From a virus (taxonomy: Duplodnaviria; Caudoviricetes), in IMG/VR virus record IMGVR_UViG_3300005404_000001, positions 1 to 47,303 of that record: DNA of 47,303 nt; one strand, written 5' to 3'. The position numbers and the translations under genes were made by a program. The notes below the pieces were generated by a model that was given only the letters and a program-made list of their open reading frames with translations, was not told the DNA's origin and did not search any database. Below, in pieces: positions 45,801 through 47,303 of the stretch (position 1 is the first letter of the stretch; each line of letters begins with the position of its first letter).

Positions 45801-47303
45801 GATTTTTAAATCAAACAAGAGATGTGGATAAATTAGAAACTGTATTAGCCATGACTGAGGATATTATTCAGAGAATAGGTAAATCAAAAGGTTTAGATGA
45901 GGACGCTATGACTGCCGTTATATCAGAGATGAGAAAAGGAACTCTTACAACTAGAGGTATGTTGCAAGGTCGTAGATATGGGCCAGCAAGAGATAGTGAT
46001 TTGGCAGAGATAATGCAGAAACCACAAGATTTTATAGATAAAACCAAGAGTAAAGCGGGTTCTTATGCAGACACCATACAATACTTTGATACAGAAACTG
46101 GAATTTTTGTAGAAAGAACTTTACCTGTATTATCCACTCAATTAGCTAACTGGGTACCACTTACAAACTTAAGGTCATTACAAAGAGAAATAGCTTTACA
46201 TGGTAAATGGATTAACAAATATGGACCACAAGGTGCATTACAAGTTATAGAGGCTATGGGTGAAGGATTTTATAGTATCTGGAAACCAAGTGTTTTGTTA
46301 AGAGGTGCATGGCCTATTCGTGTGGTATCTGATGAACAGTTAAGAATTTTAGCTAGAGGTATAGGATTAACTAATCACATTATGGCTATATCTAAAACAC
46401 CTATGTCTAGGCACATATTTTGGAATACTCAAATAGGTACTACTAAAGGATTACAAAGAGTAGGAGCTATAGCAGGTTCTATAGTTAATGCACCAATAAG
46501 AGGTGGTACACAAGGATTAGTTTTATTAGCAAAAGTGGCTGATAAATTTATAGAGATTAATCCTAGTAAAAGACATTTATCAAAAATTATGGACCAATTG
46601 GGTTCTGATGTAGAGCCTTTAGTTTCTGCAAGAGCGGGATTTTCTACTCCAACTGATAATGTGTTAGCTCAATATGGATCCTTTTTAACAAAGTCTGAAC
46701 AAACATTATTATCTAAATTTAATAGAAACCTTAAATCTGGTGAATATAAATCCATACCTAAAGGTGCTGAGGGTTATTCTACTCAATGGATAAGAGCATT
46801 AAATTACCAACTTAATGGAGACGCATTTGGCCATAAGATAGTTAAAGCTGGTTTAGATAGTTTTGATGAAGTGGCTAAATTAGATTATTTTACTCTCGAT
46901 GATTTTGTGACCATTTATCAAAGAAACGCACATAAAGCCGCTAAAGCATTTTTCAATACAGAACAAGGTAAGGCTTATTCAGCTAGATTACCATGGCGAA
47001 GTGCTGACATAGCCGGTGCAAATTGGGCTACAGATTGGGCTGATGATATTATGGAGATAATATTACAATACACAATGATAACCACAAAAGGTGCTGATAG
47101 TCAAACTTATAACCTCTTTAAAAAACTTTATGGTGGTAAGTTATCTGGTAATGATTTAGCTAAATTTCCTGAACAATATTGGCCAGCAGTTATACACGGT
47201 GAGGAAATAAGACACATACTTGGTCAAAAAGATGGAATAACTTCTATGATTAATTCTTTTGTGACCGAAGGTTTTGATGGGTTAGGACGATTGCCTACCG
47301 ATA
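42884..47303 (+). CDS. N-terminal part of a ~2,073-aa internal virion/DNA-ejection protein (continues at 1..1912)
   Basis: TTG start directly after the previous TAA (MGFWKDKLDEF...); frame spot-checked as open and no closed + ORF appears in the track here. Confidence 0.85.
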   Translation, partial: MGFWKDKLDEFLTGVVNLGSAPVGLVTDMWGASRKEDGISGKDIQTALGTRGYQGIAGLSDIAGATGIKYLYNQVPYLAETTRTIFDEAELLWNHEYQKEQDRNPEIFNMANRAFGTDIQPGDTSMSKGLGTAGGVVGDAIGDVRDGQVPSLPDFSGKYQQADYKSPGQMFVDNSLNMQDLEIEKQEELKQSTGYVLSTGILDGVGRWIFDPLVVGGKGAKKVGENRGAFMGVDRLYGKAKKKIERKIGRQIIGLDEVKDSVRAYDGELGPALKPGENAYIIMDADEAKQAGLWDNASNLNLRNSEGAVESVSPIMPRTKALLETAKRDLPNDSPIFNWDEGGDIYHYQNISKDIDVGTSKARELFDFFLEQEGQGYKGVSKLRWVLDPDNSKLPNATDLKNMYKIIDERWRIYEQTQSAGSWSGARELTGETRKLAEELGVGTRGIRGIRGQDQYMGNFYDLSPIRAKEIVTEIFLRKIDEAYPSATSFTSRLASQTGKKITQGEQGKVIFFNKDEALGAAKADAEWRQANTTVEASLGKFSMDNKTVVVELDPQGLPVIIPRWDADGRWAITDVSRLDKSSIVKKDVYGLNDIPEGATAPMAFWTSNGNKASRLFEDLEGAREANRKILNAYEADDGPNVELSENMMANIVMQDEYGKTGLLDQLINHPRVKTAVEIMEGTKTGGFTRRSKKPMEADEIYKYFFQDVTGGDKIASMLSKAQGTEAKMEVLMAVMGIRMPRSAKGIPGEVMFELNDIKFQQDLLKSNIINARKAKNALGETTPDAHVQQFYKGYKKLKSKDEIEEIDPATLKEVEEIDAYLESKFPNRNMTRPIEEYWALNSDEAQKALLDLDIQEKLLTKKRKLMDADLQKAVDVATAEELSGMLQHVPYTSAGRRLKYAIRNSNVYENAPIGTGWIVKPIKTAVEFAPRAWLNLSESKGHLQIERWIQEARARFGYDVITPAEMSKWTNRFLNQTRDVDKLETVLAMTEDIIQRIGKSKGLDEDAMTAVISEMRKGTLTTRGMLQGRRYGPARDSDLAEIMQKPQDFIDKTKSKAGSYADTIQYFDTETGIFVERTLPVLSTQLANWVPLTNLRSLQREIALHGKWINKYGPQGALQVIEAMGEGFYSIWKPSVLLRGAWPIRVVSDEQLRILARGIGLTNHIMAISKTPMSRHIFWNTQIGTTKGLQRVGAIAGSIVNAPIRGGTQGLVLLAKVADKFIEINPSKRHLSKIMDQLGSDVEPLVSARAGFSTPTDNVLAQYGSFLTKSEQTLLSKFNRNLKSGEYKSIPKGAEGYSTQWIRALNYQLNGDAFGHKIVKAGLDSFDEVAKLDYFTLDDFVTIYQRNAHKAAKAFFNTEQGKAYSARLPWRSADIAGANWATDWADDIMEIILQYTMITTKGADSQTYNLFKKLYGGKLSGNDLAKFPEQYWPAVIHGEEIRHILGQKDGITSMINSFVTEGFDGLGRLPTD

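Noticed and set aside
47194-47303. 110-bp repeat as a physical direct terminal repeat
   Set aside because: It falls in the middle of a continuous gene, which fits an assembler circularisation overlap better.
1-47303. Integrase/lysogeny module, DNA methyltransferase, purZ or 7-deazaguanine genes, stop-codon recoding, introns or inteins
   Set aside because: No diagnostic motifs recognised; genes are dense and intact in the standard code, with all three stop codons used.

Overview
The window is a complete, circularly assembled ~47.2-kb genome of a lytic tailed dsDNA phage with podovirus-like gene content; bases 1-110 repeat exactly at 47194-47303. The + arm (38028 through the join to ~20040) carries terminase, portal, a ~2,070-aa internal virion protein split by the window ends, other ejection-type proteins, scaffold, SU10-type major capsid, tail/fibre genes and a lysis/envelope region. 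The - arm (37635 down to 20036) carries two HTH paralogues, many small Zn-finger early genes, primase-helicase, SNF2 helicase, a pyrimidine-modification cassette (dNMP kinase, MazG/dCTPase, two thymidylate-synthase-fold genes with the dCMP-type Asp), PolA, exonuclease, Sak4-like ATPase, SSB, a DenV-like glycosylase and VRR-NUC. A low-GC actinobacterial host in sunlit water is a weak inference. The strongest unexplained signal is genome-wide: GATC occurs almost only as GGATCC (41 sites by hand count, roughly 7-fold above expectation), spaced about every 1.15 kb, in all reading frames, with no recognisable phage methyltransferase. Other candidates are a predicted cytosine-modification pathway, a tetraloop-rich GC island, an origin-like palindrome, an HTH-fused terminase and unannotated micro-ORFs. 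All counts are manual and all product calls rest on motif recognition, not database searches.
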